This document shows, piece after piece, positions 21,237 through 30,902 of a DNA stretch of 64,000 nt; position 1 is the first letter of the stretch, and each line of letters opens with the position of its first letter. A program made the translations under genes and the position numbers. The DNA comes from an uncultured Chthonomonadaceae bacterium (GTDB lineage: Bacteria; Armatimonadota; Chthonomonadetes; Chthonomonadales; Chthonomonadaceae): the NCBI GenBank assembly GCA_963817895.1, contig CAWFQB010000005.1, positions 416,001 through 480,000 of the forward strand. The letters run 5' to 3'. The notes beneath the pieces were generated by a model that saw only the letters and a program-made list of their open reading frames with translations, ran no database searches and was not told the DNA's origin.

Positions 21237-24200
21237 ATGAAAACTGTCTGGCAGATAACGCTGTTCACCAAAATGTCCGTGTGCCGGGAAGGACAACCTC
21301 CTCTGAAATTGCGCAAGCGCCGCAGCGCGGAGTTGCTGGCCTACCTTGCGCTGCATCGGGGTCGGGAAAATCGGCGCGAAATGCTGGCATCGCAAATCTG
21401 GCCGGAAGACGGCCCGGACGTGAGCCGCCAGAACCTGCGCTCCGCGCTCACCCTTCTGCGTGAACATCTGGAAACGCCGCCTATCCTGGAAGACGGCCTG
21501 GCCGGGAATGTGGTGCTGGCGGATACGGTTGTCGCGTCCCTGAACTTCGAGTGCGTGACAACGGATGTTGCCGCTTATGAAGCCCTGCTGCGGCAGGTAG
21601 AACCCTCGGATACAAACGGCAAGCGCATTGTGTTGCTTCGGGAGGCGACGGCCCTTTACGGCCATGGGCTTTTACCCGAATGGTACGACGAGTGGGTGTT
21701 GAACGAACAGAACCGCTTGCGGCAGGAACAGCAGCAGGCTCTGATGCGGTTGTCCGGGCTATTGCGCGACCGCGACGAGAACGAGGAGGCTATCCTCCGG
21801 GCGCGGCAGGCTCTTGCCTTAGATGCCCACCATGAACCGGCTCACGAGTGTTTGATGCGCGCGTATTTGCAGGCCGGACAAACCACTTCGGTGTTGCAGC
21901 ATTACAGGCGCATGGAGCAGGTGTCCGGCGAATGTGAGGGGGACGCGCCCTCCCCGAACCTACAGGCGCTGGCGCGGCAGGCGCGAATTCAGGCGCAAAT
22001 AGCCCGCAGGACGGACAACACCCCGGCAAACTTGCGCCCCGCTAACCTGCCTGTTCCCCCGACACAGTTTTTTGATCGCGTGGACGACCTTGCCAACCTG
22101 CGCGGACTCCTGCGCTCCGAACGGAAGTTGATAATCCTGACAGCCATCGGGGGCGCGGGCAAAACCCGGCTGGCAATGGAAACCGCGCGAAGCCTGCAAA
22201 TGGATTTCGACGGGCGCGTATTTTGGGTGGAACTGGCGGCCCTGACAAACGCGGACGGCATTGCGGAAGCGATAGCCGAAACGGTTCTGCGTCAGCGTCG
22301 CGCGGACACGCCTGCTTGGGAACAACTGGCGCAGGACGCGGGTAACGCGCAAGTCCTGCTGGTTCTGGACAACTTCGAGCATCTGGCGGAAACGGGCGCA
22401 AATGTGGTTCAGGAACTAATGCGTCGGCTGCCAGTCTGGAAACTGCTGGTCACGTCGCGGCAGGCGCTGCGGATACCGGGCGAACAAACGTATGCCGTGC
22501 CACTTCTGACTCCACAAGCCAGTGTGGAGTTGTTTGCGGATCGCGCCGGACTGGTCAATTCGTCGTTTGTTCTAAACGCGCAAAACACGCCCCTTGTTAT
22601 GGCCCTGTGCAAACGTCTGGACGGCCTGCCCCTTGCGCTCGAACTGGCTGCCGCGTGGTCGGACCTGCTGACTCCGGCAGAAATTCTTCAGCGTCTGGAA
22701 TTCCGTTTCGATCTGCTGGTAAGCCACTACCGCGCGGTTCCCCTGCGCCATCGGAGCCTGTACGCCATGATTGACTGGAGCCACGCGCAATTGCCGCCCG
22801 CTCTACAACAGTTGTTCGCGCGCCTGTCCGTCTTTCGAGGCGGCTGGAACGTGGAAGCGGCGCAGGCGATAGAAGGGGTCAGGGGCCAGGAGTCAGGGGT
22901 CAGGCAGGAGGGAATAGAAGAAGCGATCTCAGCAGGCAGGAACGAGCCGCGCGAGAGGAAGTTTGATTCTGAGACGGACATTTTGTTCGGGCTGCGGGAG
23001 TTGCAGGCGCGGTCGCTGATTGTCGGGACGCAAACCGATGCCGGGACGATGCGCTACGCCATGCTGGAAACTCTGCGCGAATTTGCCCACGCGCGGCTTT
23101 CCGAAACGGAACGTTCCCACATGGCGGATAGCCACGCCGCGTATTTCCTGAATCTTGCCGAAACCGCAACTCCGCATTTGAACGGGCCGGAAGCGAAAAC
23201 ATGGCTGGACGCTCTGGACAGGGAGCGCGAAAACCTGAATGTCGCGCTGGATTGGCTGTGCGAGCAGCGACAAACGCAGGAGAGTTCGCGTCTGGCAACC
23301 GCGCTGGCCCCGTTCTGGTGGACGCGCGGCCATGCGAGTGAAGGGCGGCAACATTTTACCCGTGTTCTGGCGCTTTCCGACGAGCCAACGGTGTTACGCG
23401 CCCGGACTTTGCGCTATGCGGGCGCGCTGGCGAGCTACCAATCCGATCTGGCGGCCTCCACGCGCCTGCACATCGCAAGTCTGCGCGTGGCGCGAAAGTT
23501 GCAGGATCAGAATAGTATCGCCTGGGCGCTGTATCAACTGGGGCATACCCGGCTGACTCAGGGCAAATACCAAAAGGCGTACCGTCACCTTGACAAATCT
23601 CTACAGATTTGCGCAACGGATACGGATGAGGATACGCACCTGCAAGCCGTGACGCTGCATAAAATTGGCAGCGTCCTTCTGGTACAAAACGCCTGGGAGG
23701 AGGCGGGCCGTTATTTTCAACGCAGCGCGGCTCTGTTTCATGAACTTGGCGACCGGCAGGCAGAGGCGACTTCGCTGCTCAACATCGGCAATGTGCTGGT
23801 CAATCAGGGCCGTACGGACGACGCTCGGACGCAGTACCAACGGGCGCTACAGATGTTCGGAAGCGTCGGAGATGTCCTGATCGTGGCCGTCACGCAGCTT
23901 TGTCTGGGCGGCGTCGCCTATCGCGGCAACAGGGACGATGAAGCGCGGCAACTCATGGAAACCGCTCTGGACACATTCCGGCGTTTAGGAGCGCGCATCC
24001 ATGAAGCCTGGGCGCAGTTTTATCTGGGCAATCTGGCCTGGCAGCAGGGCGACCAGGAATCGGCGCGAGAGCTTTATAGAGATAGCCTGCTGCTGCTACG
24101 GGAAAGCGGTGATCAGCGGCGAACCGCGCTTCTCGTCATGGCCTTCGGCTGGCTGGCGCAGTCGGAAAACAACCCGCAGCGCGCGGCGCGTTTATTTGGA

Positions 24201-24389
24201 GCGGGCAATGCCTGGTATGCCCGCCTGAAAACCGCGATTTCGCCTGTGGAGCGATATGAGTACGATCCCGCTCTTGCCGCCGTCCGCGCCGATTTAGAGG
24301 AAGCCGTATTCGCCGCCTGCTGGACGGAAGGACAAGCCTACACGCCGGAACAGGCGATTGCCTGCGCCTTGCAGGAAGTGGAGGAGTAG
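21237..24389 (+). CDS. AfsR/SARP-type STAND regulator (wHTH-BTAD, NB-ARC, TPR)
   Basis: LLAYLAL/IWPE, BTAD (WYDEWV, HEPAHECLM), Walker A GGAGKT, Walker B LLVLDNFE, LDGLPLALELAA, C-terminal TPRs. Confidence 0.92.
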   Translation: MKTVWQITLFTKMSVCREGQPPLKLRKRRSAELLAYLALHRGRENRREMLASQIWPEDGPDVSRQNLRSALTLLREHLETPPILEDGLAGNVVLADTVVASLNFECVTTDVAAYEALLRQVEPSDTNGKRIVLLREATALYGHGLLPEWYDEWVLNEQNRLRQEQQQALMRLSGLLRDRDENEEAILRARQALALDAHHEPAHECLMRAYLQAGQTTSVLQHYRRMEQVSGECEGDAPSPNLQALARQARIQAQIARRTDNTPANLRPANLPVPPTQFFDRVDDLANLRGLLRSERKLIILTAIGGAGKTRLAMETARSLQMDFDGRVFWVELAALTNADGIAEAIAETVLRQRRADTPAWEQLAQDAGNAQVLLVLDNFEHLAETGANVVQELMRRLPVWKLLVTSRQALRIPGEQTYAVPLLTPQASVELFADRAGLVNSSFVLNAQNTPLVMALCKRLDGLPLALELAAAWSDLLTPAEILQRLEFRFDLLVSHYRAVPLRHRSLYAMIDWSHAQLPPALQQLFARLSVFRGGWNVEAAQAIEGVRGQESGVRQEGIEEAISAGRNEPRERKFDSETDILFGLRELQARSLIVGTQTDAGTMRYAMLETLREFAHARLSETERSHMADSHAAYFLNLAETATPHLNGPEAKTWLDALDRERENLNVALDWLCEQRQTQESSRLATALAPFWWTRGHASEGRQHFTRVLALSDEPTVLRARTLRYAGALASYQSDLAASTRLHIASLRVARKLQDQNSIAWALYQLGHTRLTQGKYQKAYRHLDKSLQICATDTDEDTHLQAVTLHKIGSVLLVQNAWEEAGRYFQRSAALFHELGDRQAEATSLLNIGNVLVNQGRTDDARTQYQRALQMFGSVGDVLIVAVTQLCLGGVAYRGNRDDEARQLMETALDTFRRLGARIHEAWAQFYLGNLAWQQGDQESARELYRDSLLLLRESGDQRRTALLVMAFGWLAQSENNPQRAARLFGAGNAWYARLKTAISPVERYEYDPALAAVRADLEEAVFAACWTEGQAYTPEQAIACALQEVEE

Positions 24390-24621
24390 GCCAATATTGA
24401 CCAGGCTTCAACCAATGTAACTGTGATGTACCGCAACAGACACGGCAATTATCTTGCCGTGTCCGTTTGTTTGTCACCTGCCACGCAAAAAATTTACAGG
24501 AAAATTTACGAGGTTGTTGATTTGCCCCCTTATCTGCACGTTTTTGCAACGCTCCTCTGTTACCATATCCACACTACCCGCAATGCGGCAGGAGTAATTT
24601 GTTTTGTGAAAGGAATTTTGT

Positions 24622-24804
24622 ATGCAAACTCTGCCTGCTTCTTTACTTACGCGCTGGCGCTCGGAGTGCTACTCTCCTCTGGTACGTAACAGGCGCGCGC
24701 GCAGACTGTGGATGATGACCCGATCAAAGAGCCGGCGAGAAAGCCTGCCACCGTCAAACCGCTGCTGCCGCCCGTTGCGCCCGCAGTGGAGAGACTTGGG
24801 ATAG
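24622..24804 (+). CDS. Candidate 60-aa Arg/Trp/Cys-rich micropeptide
   Basis: GAAAGGA RBS shortly before the ATG; followed by hairpins and terminators; no recognised family. Confidence 0.4.
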   Translation: MQTLPASLLTRWRSECYSPLVRNRRARRLWMMTRSKSRRESLPPSNRCCRPLRPQWRDLG

Positions 24805-24938
24805 AAAAGCGTGGATTCTGTTCCCAACGGTTTCAACAGGGACGACACCACGCTTTGCGGCAGCCCTGAGCAGGCATTTTGCCTGCTCACATCAACATGC
24901 GGGAACAAAGTAACCTTCAAAGCAACCTGAGAACTATG

Positions 24939-25044
24939 GCCCGCCTTCTGTTTATGCAGAAGGCGGGCTTTTTGCTATTCCTTAAAAGCCAATATTCTTA
25001 TTGGCAGCCCGGTTTCCCGTCTTATGGAAGCCGGGCGCTTTTTT
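24939..25044 (+). terminator. Two tandem intrinsic terminators
   Basis: GCCCGCCTTCTG/CAGAAGGCGGGC+T5 (24939-24973) and GCCCGGTTTCC/GGAAGCCGGGC+T6 (25007-25044). Confidence 0.8.
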
Positions 25045-25162
25045 GCCTGCGAAGGGGACGCAGCGGAAAAACACGGCAGGGAAATGCAAGGCAGGCGTCG
25101 AAATACACTCCGTTTCCACTACTTGCAGGTGGACACCAACCACATTGTTGAGGAGAAATGCT

Positions 25163-26197
25163 GTGCTGCACCCTGTTAATCTGATTTCTTTCCGCAGTTT
25201 AACGCGGCTTGTCCTTATAGTTTTGTGCGCTCTAATGCTGACAAACACAATAGCGCAAAGCCAAACGGTTCCTGTCACCACAAAAACAAAGGCGATGGAC
25301 ACTGTGGAAAAAGTGATTCTGGATACCGATATTGGCGACGATATTGACGACGCTTACGCGCTTGCCCTCCTGCTGTCGCGCCCGAACATCAAATTGCTTG
25401 GCGTCACGACCGCGTGGGGACAAACGCAGGAGCGGGCGGAACTGGCGGTCAAACTGCTGCATGTCATGGGCTACGACCACATTCCCGTATATGCCGGACG
25501 CAGGGGAACCGCCAAAATCGGGCGGCAGTACGAATGGGCGCGGCATACGGAAACAACAAACACTTCTGCCAAAAACGCGATTCCCGCCGTGCAGAAAGAC
25601 GATGCCGTCACCTTCCTGAAACGGGCCATTGAGAAATCGCCAGGAGAAATTACCCTGATTGCGGTCGGCCCGCTCGTCAACGTCGGCGATCTGGTCACGA
25701 TGCACCCGGAAGTGAAAACGAAACTGAAGCGCATCGTAATTATGGGCGGGGCCGTTCATTCGGGCTACAATGGCAGTTCCAATATAGACGTGGAATGGAA
25801 CATCAAGTGCGATCCGCAGGCGGCGAAAGCGGTCTTTTCCAGCGGTATACCCCTCACAATGGCCGGACTGGAATCCACCGCCATGCTCAAGTTCGACGTG
25901 GAGCGGCAAAAACGCCTGTTCGCGCGCGGCGCGCCCACAACCGATGCCATTGCCGCCCTGACCATTTTATGGGGCGGTAGCGTCCCCACCCTGTTCGACC
26001 CGATGGCGGTTGCCTGGGCAACGGACGGCAAGTTCTGCGAAACGGAACAGCGGCATGTGGTGGTAGACGATGACGGCAAAACCCGTATCACGGATGGCCC
26101 GCCCAACGTCACCGTGCTTATCAATCCGCAAAAAGACGCTTTCCTGGACTGGTATATCACGTCGGTTGCCGGTCCTATGACTGGAAGCGCAAAGTAA
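25163..26197 (+). CDS. Inosine/uridine-preferring nucleoside hydrolase, probably secreted (start uncertain)
   Basis: DTDIGDDIDD, GPLVN, IMGG, EWNIKCDP, LFDP motifs; signal-like N-terminus. Confidence 0.9.
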   Translation: MLHPVNLISFRSLTRLVLIVLCALMLTNTIAQSQTVPVTTKTKAMDTVEKVILDTDIGDDIDDAYALALLLSRPNIKLLGVTTAWGQTQERAELAVKLLHVMGYDHIPVYAGRRGTAKIGRQYEWARHTETTNTSAKNAIPAVQKDDAVTFLKRAIEKSPGEITLIAVGPLVNVGDLVTMHPEVKTKLKRIVIMGGAVHSGYNGSSNIDVEWNIKCDPQAAKAVFSSGIPLTMAGLESTAMLKFDVERQKRLFARGAPTTDAIAALTILWGGSVPTLFDPMAVAWATDGKFCETEQRHVVVDDDGKTRITDGPPNVTVLINPQKDAFLDWYITSVAGPMTGSAK

Positions 26198-26210
26198 TGG
26201 AAGACACGCC

Positions 26211-27026
26211 ATGAACAGGTTTCTTCTGTCGGTGGTGCTGCTATGCCTGATGTTGCGCCTGCCCGCGCTGGCGCAGGAATCGCTTCCTGCCGGATACGAT
26301 CACAGAGCGGTTGCGATGCTGGCGCAGGTTAATGGGCAAAACGCGCAAATAGAGGATAAGCCTCAACCTGCAATCAAGCAGATTGATCTGGATTATGCGG
26401 TTTCGAGTGGCAGCGTCGAAAGAGTGCGGGATGCGCTGGAACGTGGCGGAAACACCGTTACTACAGCACAACGCAAAAGAATGTTGACGCAGGCGATTGA
26501 CGCGGGCTTTCCCGATATTGTCGGCCTGCTGTTGGATCAGGGCATGAGTGTGAACGGCGGTCCTGATGGCTATACTCCCCTCATGGATGCGGCACGGGCA
26601 GGGCATATCCCGGTTATGAAATTGCTGTTACAGCGCGGCGCAAACATCAATGCAAAGTTTGCGAATGGTATAACAGCGCTGTATTATTCTGCCTCTCGTC
26701 TCGACTGTATGGAGTACCTGCTGGCGCATGGCGCGCGAGCAAGGCAGACTGATTTCAACTATGCGCTGATTGTGGCAGTAAAGCGTAGAGACCAGGCAGG
26801 AGTGGGGTTTCTGCTCAACAAAGGGGCCGACCCGAACGCGCGCAATAATGGCCTCAGTTGTATAACCGGCATGACACCCGCGCAAATTAGAGCGTATCGC
26901 GGCCCGCGCATCCTGACAGAAGCCAGGCAGTCTCTTGCTGCGGCCAGATACGTGCATAGCGCGTCCGAGATTCGCGCTGACAAACAGATTATCCAGTTGT
27001 TGCAGCGAGCAGGCGCAAAAGAGTAG
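26211..27026 (+). CDS. Secreted ankyrin-repeat protein
   Basis: Signal peptide; GYTPLMDAARAGH..MKLLLQRGANIN, GITALY, LLNKGADPN. Confidence 0.85.
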   Translation: MNRFLLSVVLLCLMLRLPALAQESLPAGYDHRAVAMLAQVNGQNAQIEDKPQPAIKQIDLDYAVSSGSVERVRDALERGGNTVTTAQRKRMLTQAIDAGFPDIVGLLLDQGMSVNGGPDGYTPLMDAARAGHIPVMKLLLQRGANINAKFANGITALYYSASRLDCMEYLLAHGARARQTDFNYALIVAVKRRDQAGVGFLLNKGADPNARNNGLSCITGMTPAQIRAYRGPRILTEARQSLAAARYVHSASEIRADKQIIQLLQRAGAKE

Positions 27027-27089
27027 TGTCACCGGGCGTTCAACTCAATCATCGAATCACCAACAAAATCATAGAACGGAAACAAAAGC

Positions 27090-28742
27090 ATGTTTGAAAC
27101 GGTGCGGTTGGAGAAAACGGAGCGTCCCGCCGTTGTGGTCATCGGGATGTTCAAGGATAGGGACGCGGTAAGCGATTTGGCGCAGGTTTTGCCCCTGTAC
27201 GGGCGTCCGGTTGTCGAAGCCGCGCTGTCCCGGCGGGAATGGACGGGCGACGCGGGCAGCATCAGCGAAGCGTTTCCACAGGGCGAAAACGCGCCGCAGC
27301 GTATTCTCATCGTTGGGCTGGGCAAGCGCGACAAGCTGAACGCCGAAGCTATGCGCGACATTGCCGCCAAAGTGGGGCGGCGATTGGCGCAAATTAAAGA
27401 GCCGAATGTCCGCGTAGAAATGGCCCCCCTGCTTAAAGCGGCAGGCGTAGACGAGACGCAAATCACGCTGTACGGACGCTGCTGGGGCGAAAGTCTGGGA
27501 CTGCTGGCCTGGAACGCGCGAACGCTGGCGGGCAGCGCGACCAAAAACAGAGCCACAAATGGCGAGCCTGGCGACACTAGCGGCGCAAACGGCAGTGAGG
27601 GCGGCAAAGAGGATACTACTGCGCCCGACCGGATCGCCCTGACCGTGACCGCTTCCGATACGGCGTTTACGGCGGGGCTGGAATATGGCCTGACGCTGGC
27701 GGATGCCGTGAATCGGGCGCGCGCTCTCAGCCAAACCCCGCCCAACATCGCCACGCCCCTCTACATCGCGCAACTTGCGCTACAGCTTGCCGCAGAAACC
27801 GGCCTCACTTGCCGCATCCTTCAGGGCGAGGAACTGGAACAGGAACAACTCGCCGGACTAATCAACGTCGGCAAAGCATCCGTCAACCCGCCGTGCCTGA
27901 TACGGTTAGAGTATATGCCGGCAGAGGGAAGAGAAGAGATACGAGATACGAGATACGAGATACGAGAAGGAGCGGATTCACCAACCACCAACCACCAGCC
28001 ACCAACCACCTTAGTCTTGATTGGTAAAACCATTACCTACGATACCGGCGGATTGTCGCTGAAAATCAACAATGGCATGGTGGGCATGAAGCGCGACAAG
28101 GATGGCGGTTGCGCCGTCCTGGGCGCGATGGCGGCGGTTGCCACGTTGCTCAAACCGAACTTTCCGGTTGTCGGGCTGCTCGTGGCGGCGGAAAACATGG
28201 TTAGCGACGCCGCGTTCCGGCCCGATGATGTGCTGACGTACCGCAACGGCGTTACGGTCGAAGTGACGAATACGGACGCGGAGGGGCGTTTGGTGTTGGC
28301 GGACGCGCTGTGCTGGGCGTGTGAACGGGAAAATCCGGGCGCGATTGTGGATTTGGCGACATTGACGGGCGGCGTGGTCACGGCACTGGGTTCCACGTAT
28401 GCGGGGCTGTTCTGCGAGGACGACGGCCTGCGCGCGCAACTGGAACAGGCGAGTGAGGCAAGCGGCGAACGCATCTGGCGGCTGCCGCTGCATCAGGAAT
28501 ACCGGGACATGCTCAAATCGCCCGTTGCCGACATTATCAATTCCAATCCTAATCGCAAAGCGCATCCCATACAGGGCGCGGCCTTTCTGAGCTACTTTGT
28601 TACGGAAAATATGCCCTGGGCGCACATAGACATTGCGGGCGTTCACGCCGTTGACGGCGACAATGGTCCCTTCGTGAAAGGTCCGACGGGCTACGGCGTC
28701 CGCCTGCTCGCCGATCTCGTCACCGCCTACACGCCAAAGTAA
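27090..28742 (+). CDS. pepA: Leucyl aminopeptidase (M17)
   Basis: IGKTITYDTGGLSLK, MKRDKDGG, NTDAEGRLVLAD, ATLTG, WRLPL, WAHIDIAG. Confidence 0.93.
   Translation: MFETVRLEKTERPAVVVIGMFKDRDAVSDLAQVLPLYGRPVVEAALSRREWTGDAGSISEAFPQGENAPQRILIVGLGKRDKLNAEAMRDIAAKVGRRLAQIKEPNVRVEMAPLLKAAGVDETQITLYGRCWGESLGLLAWNARTLAGSATKNRATNGEPGDTSGANGSEGGKEDTTAPDRIALTVTASDTAFTAGLEYGLTLADAVNRARALSQTPPNIATPLYIAQLALQLAAETGLTCRILQGEELEQEQLAGLINVGKASVNPPCLIRLEYMPAEGREEIRDTRYEIREGADSPTTNHQPPTTLVLIGKTITYDTGGLSLKINNGMVGMKRDKDGGCAVLGAMAAVATLLKPNFPVVGLLVAAENMVSDAAFRPDDVLTYRNGVTVEVTNTDAEGRLVLADALCWACERENPGAIVDLATLTGGVVTALGSTYAGLFCEDDGLRAQLEQASEASGERIWRLPLHQEYRDMLKSPVADIINSNPNRKAHPIQGAAFLSYFVTENMPWAHIDIAGVHAVDGDNGPFVKGPTGYGVRLLADLVTAYTPK
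27936..28010 (+). repeat. In-frame heptamer insert in PepA
   Basis: (GAGATAC)4, a spacer, then (CCACCAR)4; encodes EIRDTRYEIREGADSPTTNHQPPTT just before the metal-binding strand. Confidence 0.88.
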
Positions 28743-28791
28743 TTTTCGTTTCAGACCGTAACTCTTCCGCCTCATCTCCCAACGAACCAGT

Positions 28792-28837
28792 CTCCCCTTC
28801 TCCCAGGCTTTTTTGGGACAAGGGGCGGGGGTGAGGG
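28792..28837 (-). repeat. REP-like palindrome, same family as 36349-36393
   Basis: Reverse complement CCCTCACCCCCGCCCCTTGTCCCAAAAAAGCCTGGGAGAAGGGGAG matches the 36349 copy. Confidence 0.8.
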
Positions 28838-28854
28838 CTACTCCGAGGAAAACC

Positions 28855-29766
28855 ATGAAAACTACCACTGTTGCCACTGTACTGACCGGCCTCGCACTGG
28901 GAATTCTGCCCGCCCCACCCGTCCGCGCCCAGGAAACGCCTGCCGCAAAAACAAAGCCGGCTGAGAACCAGTCCAAAAAGGATGATAAAGCGAATGGCGG
29001 CGCGAATGGGCAAGCCGGACAAGAAGGAGGGGACGCGCAGGAGGACTTGATTAACCCGGATCGCCCCGGCATCGCTAACGGCAGCCAGGTCATCGGGCCG
29101 CGCCGGTTTCAGATCGAGGCGGGCGTACAAACCTACTTTTTGGGCGGCGGCAGTTCGACAGCGCGACTGTTGAGTGTCCCCACGCTGCTGCGCTTCGGGC
29201 TGGACAAACGCTACGAGATTCGCGTGGAAACTATCGGTTATTCGGCGTTAAGCACAAGCGACCCGGTTGCGGGCTTGCAGCACGCGGAGGGTTTCGGGCA
29301 GACTTCCATCGGGTTCAAGCGGACATTTCAGGCGTCGAGCGGGGCGAAGCATCCGGGCGTGGGAACTATTGTACGCTTTTTCCCCGCTTCCGGGGGCGGC
29401 GGGTTTGAAACCAAACACGCCACGTATGACGCGCTGCTGTGCGCCGACTGGGATTTTGCGCCCCACCTGTCCCTGAACCCCAACATCGGCTTTGGCGTGA
29501 ATGAGGACAGCAACGGAATTTTGTATGGCAACTTTCAACTGGCGTCCACGCTGACCTACGCCCCTACCACACATCTCGGCTTCTTCGTGGACTTCGGCTA
29601 TCAGGCCCCGGAAGAGGCGGGCGGGAGCGAGTCGCTAATCTATGACGCGGGCGCAACCTACATTGTGGGGCGCAATGTGCAGTTGGATGTTTCCGTCGGC
29701 ACGGGCGCGCGGGGCCGAAACTCGCCCCATCCCTTCTGGTCTACGGGCGTCAGCGTCCGGTTCTAG
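28855..29766 (+). CDS. Outer-membrane beta-barrel (Phenol_MetA_deg/transporter-like)
   Basis: Signal peptide, PDRPG..FQIEAG, LLRFGL, QLDVSVG, terminal GVSVRF. Confidence 0.8.
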   Translation: MKTTTVATVLTGLALGILPAPPVRAQETPAAKTKPAENQSKKDDKANGGANGQAGQEGGDAQEDLINPDRPGIANGSQVIGPRRFQIEAGVQTYFLGGGSSTARLLSVPTLLRFGLDKRYEIRVETIGYSALSTSDPVAGLQHAEGFGQTSIGFKRTFQASSGAKHPGVGTIVRFFPASGGGGFETKHATYDALLCADWDFAPHLSLNPNIGFGVNEDSNGILYGNFQLASTLTYAPTTHLGFFVDFGYQAPEEAGGSESLIYDAGATYIVGRNVQLDVSVGTGARGRNSPHPFWSTGVSVRF

Positions 29767-29796
29767 TATATAAGAACGCCCCAAAAAGGAAAACAT

Positions 29797-30825
29797 TTGA
29801 AAGCGGGAGTTTTAACGGTCAGCGATGGGTGCGCGCGTGGGGAACGGGAAGACGTTTCGGGGGCCACGCTTGCCGACACGTTGCAGGCAAATGGCTATGA
29901 AATCGTTCAGCGCGCGATTGTGCCGGACGAATTGGAAACCATTGCTGACACGCTGCGGCAGTGGCGCGCGTCCGGCTGCGACCTGATTATGACGACGGGC
30001 GGCACGGGATTTTCGCCTCGCGACATCACGCCGGAAGCCACTCGCGCCGTTGTGGAACGCGACGCGCCCGGTCTGGCCGAACTGCTGCGCTGGACGGGCT
30101 ACCAGAAGTTCCCCCGCGCTGTCCTGTCGCGTGGGGTTGCGGGCATTTGCGGCCAAACCCTGATTGTCAATCTGCCCGGAAGTCCCGGCGGCGTCCGCGA
30201 CGGTCTGGACACTCTGCTCCCGCTCCTCCCCCACGCCCTCGCCCTGCTGCGCGACGAACCGGTGGATCATACGCCTGTAAAGGAGGGTGTCGGGTTTCGG
30301 ATTTCGGGTGTCGGGGAAAATGCCAAGCCGACAAAGTCTGTTGAAAATGATAACACCCGACACCCGACACCCAACACCGTTGCCGTTCTGGAAACTAATC
30401 TGGACGATTTTTCGCCGGAGTTGTACGAGGTGGTGATGGAGCGGTTGTTTGCGGCGGGGGCGGTGGATGTGTTTTTGACCGACATTCAGATGAAGAAAAA
30501 TCGGCCTGCCACTCTGCTGACAGTTCTGGCGGCGGAAGACAAACGCGACGAAATGGCGGCAGTTTTGTTTGCGGAAACCAGCACGTTCGGGATTCGGCAT
30601 ACGGCTATGCAGCGCATGACACTGGAACGACGGTGGGAAACGGTAGAAACGCCTTATGGTTCGGTTCGCGTGAAAATCGGGAGTTGGCAGGGACGCGATA
30701 CAACCGCTTCGCCCGAATACGAGGACGTGAAAGCCGCCGCCCGCGCGCATAGCGTTCCCGCCAAAACCGTCTACGCGGCGGCGCAGGCGGCTTTCGCCAA
30801 TACGCGCCAGGCGGCTTCTTCGTAA
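29797..30825 (+). CDS. Fusion of MogA/MoaB molybdopterin adenylyltransferase and LarC C-terminal (nickel-pincer insertase) domain
   Basis: N-half LTVSD, TTGGTGFSPRDITPEA, LSRGVAG, NLPGSP. C-half ETNLDD, DVF..IQMKKNRP, ETSTFGIR, TPYGSVRVK, PEYED. Confidence 0.85.
   Translation: MKAGVLTVSDGCARGEREDVSGATLADTLQANGYEIVQRAIVPDELETIADTLRQWRASGCDLIMTTGGTGFSPRDITPEATRAVVERDAPGLAELLRWTGYQKFPRAVLSRGVAGICGQTLIVNLPGSPGGVRDGLDTLLPLLPHALALLRDEPVDHTPVKEGVGFRISGVGENAKPTKSVENDNTRHPTPNTVAVLETNLDDFSPELYEVVMERLFAAGAVDVFLTDIQMKKNRPATLLTVLAAEDKRDEMAAVLFAETSTFGIRHTAMQRMTLERRWETVETPYGSVRVKIGSWQGRDTTASPEYEDVKAAARAHSVPAKTVYAAAQAAFANTRQAASS
30285..30378 (+). repeat. Heptamer inverted-repeat element forming the MogA-LarC linker
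   Basis: GGTGTCG/GGTTTCG/GATTTCG/GGTGTCG, a spacer, then (CACCCRA)3; the arms are complementary. Confidence 0.85.
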
Positions 30826-30902
30826 ATGTTCGGGACAGGCATCAAGTACATGGCAAACTCCGGCTGTAGCGGGAGTTTGCCACGCAACAGCGCGGGACGT
30901 GT

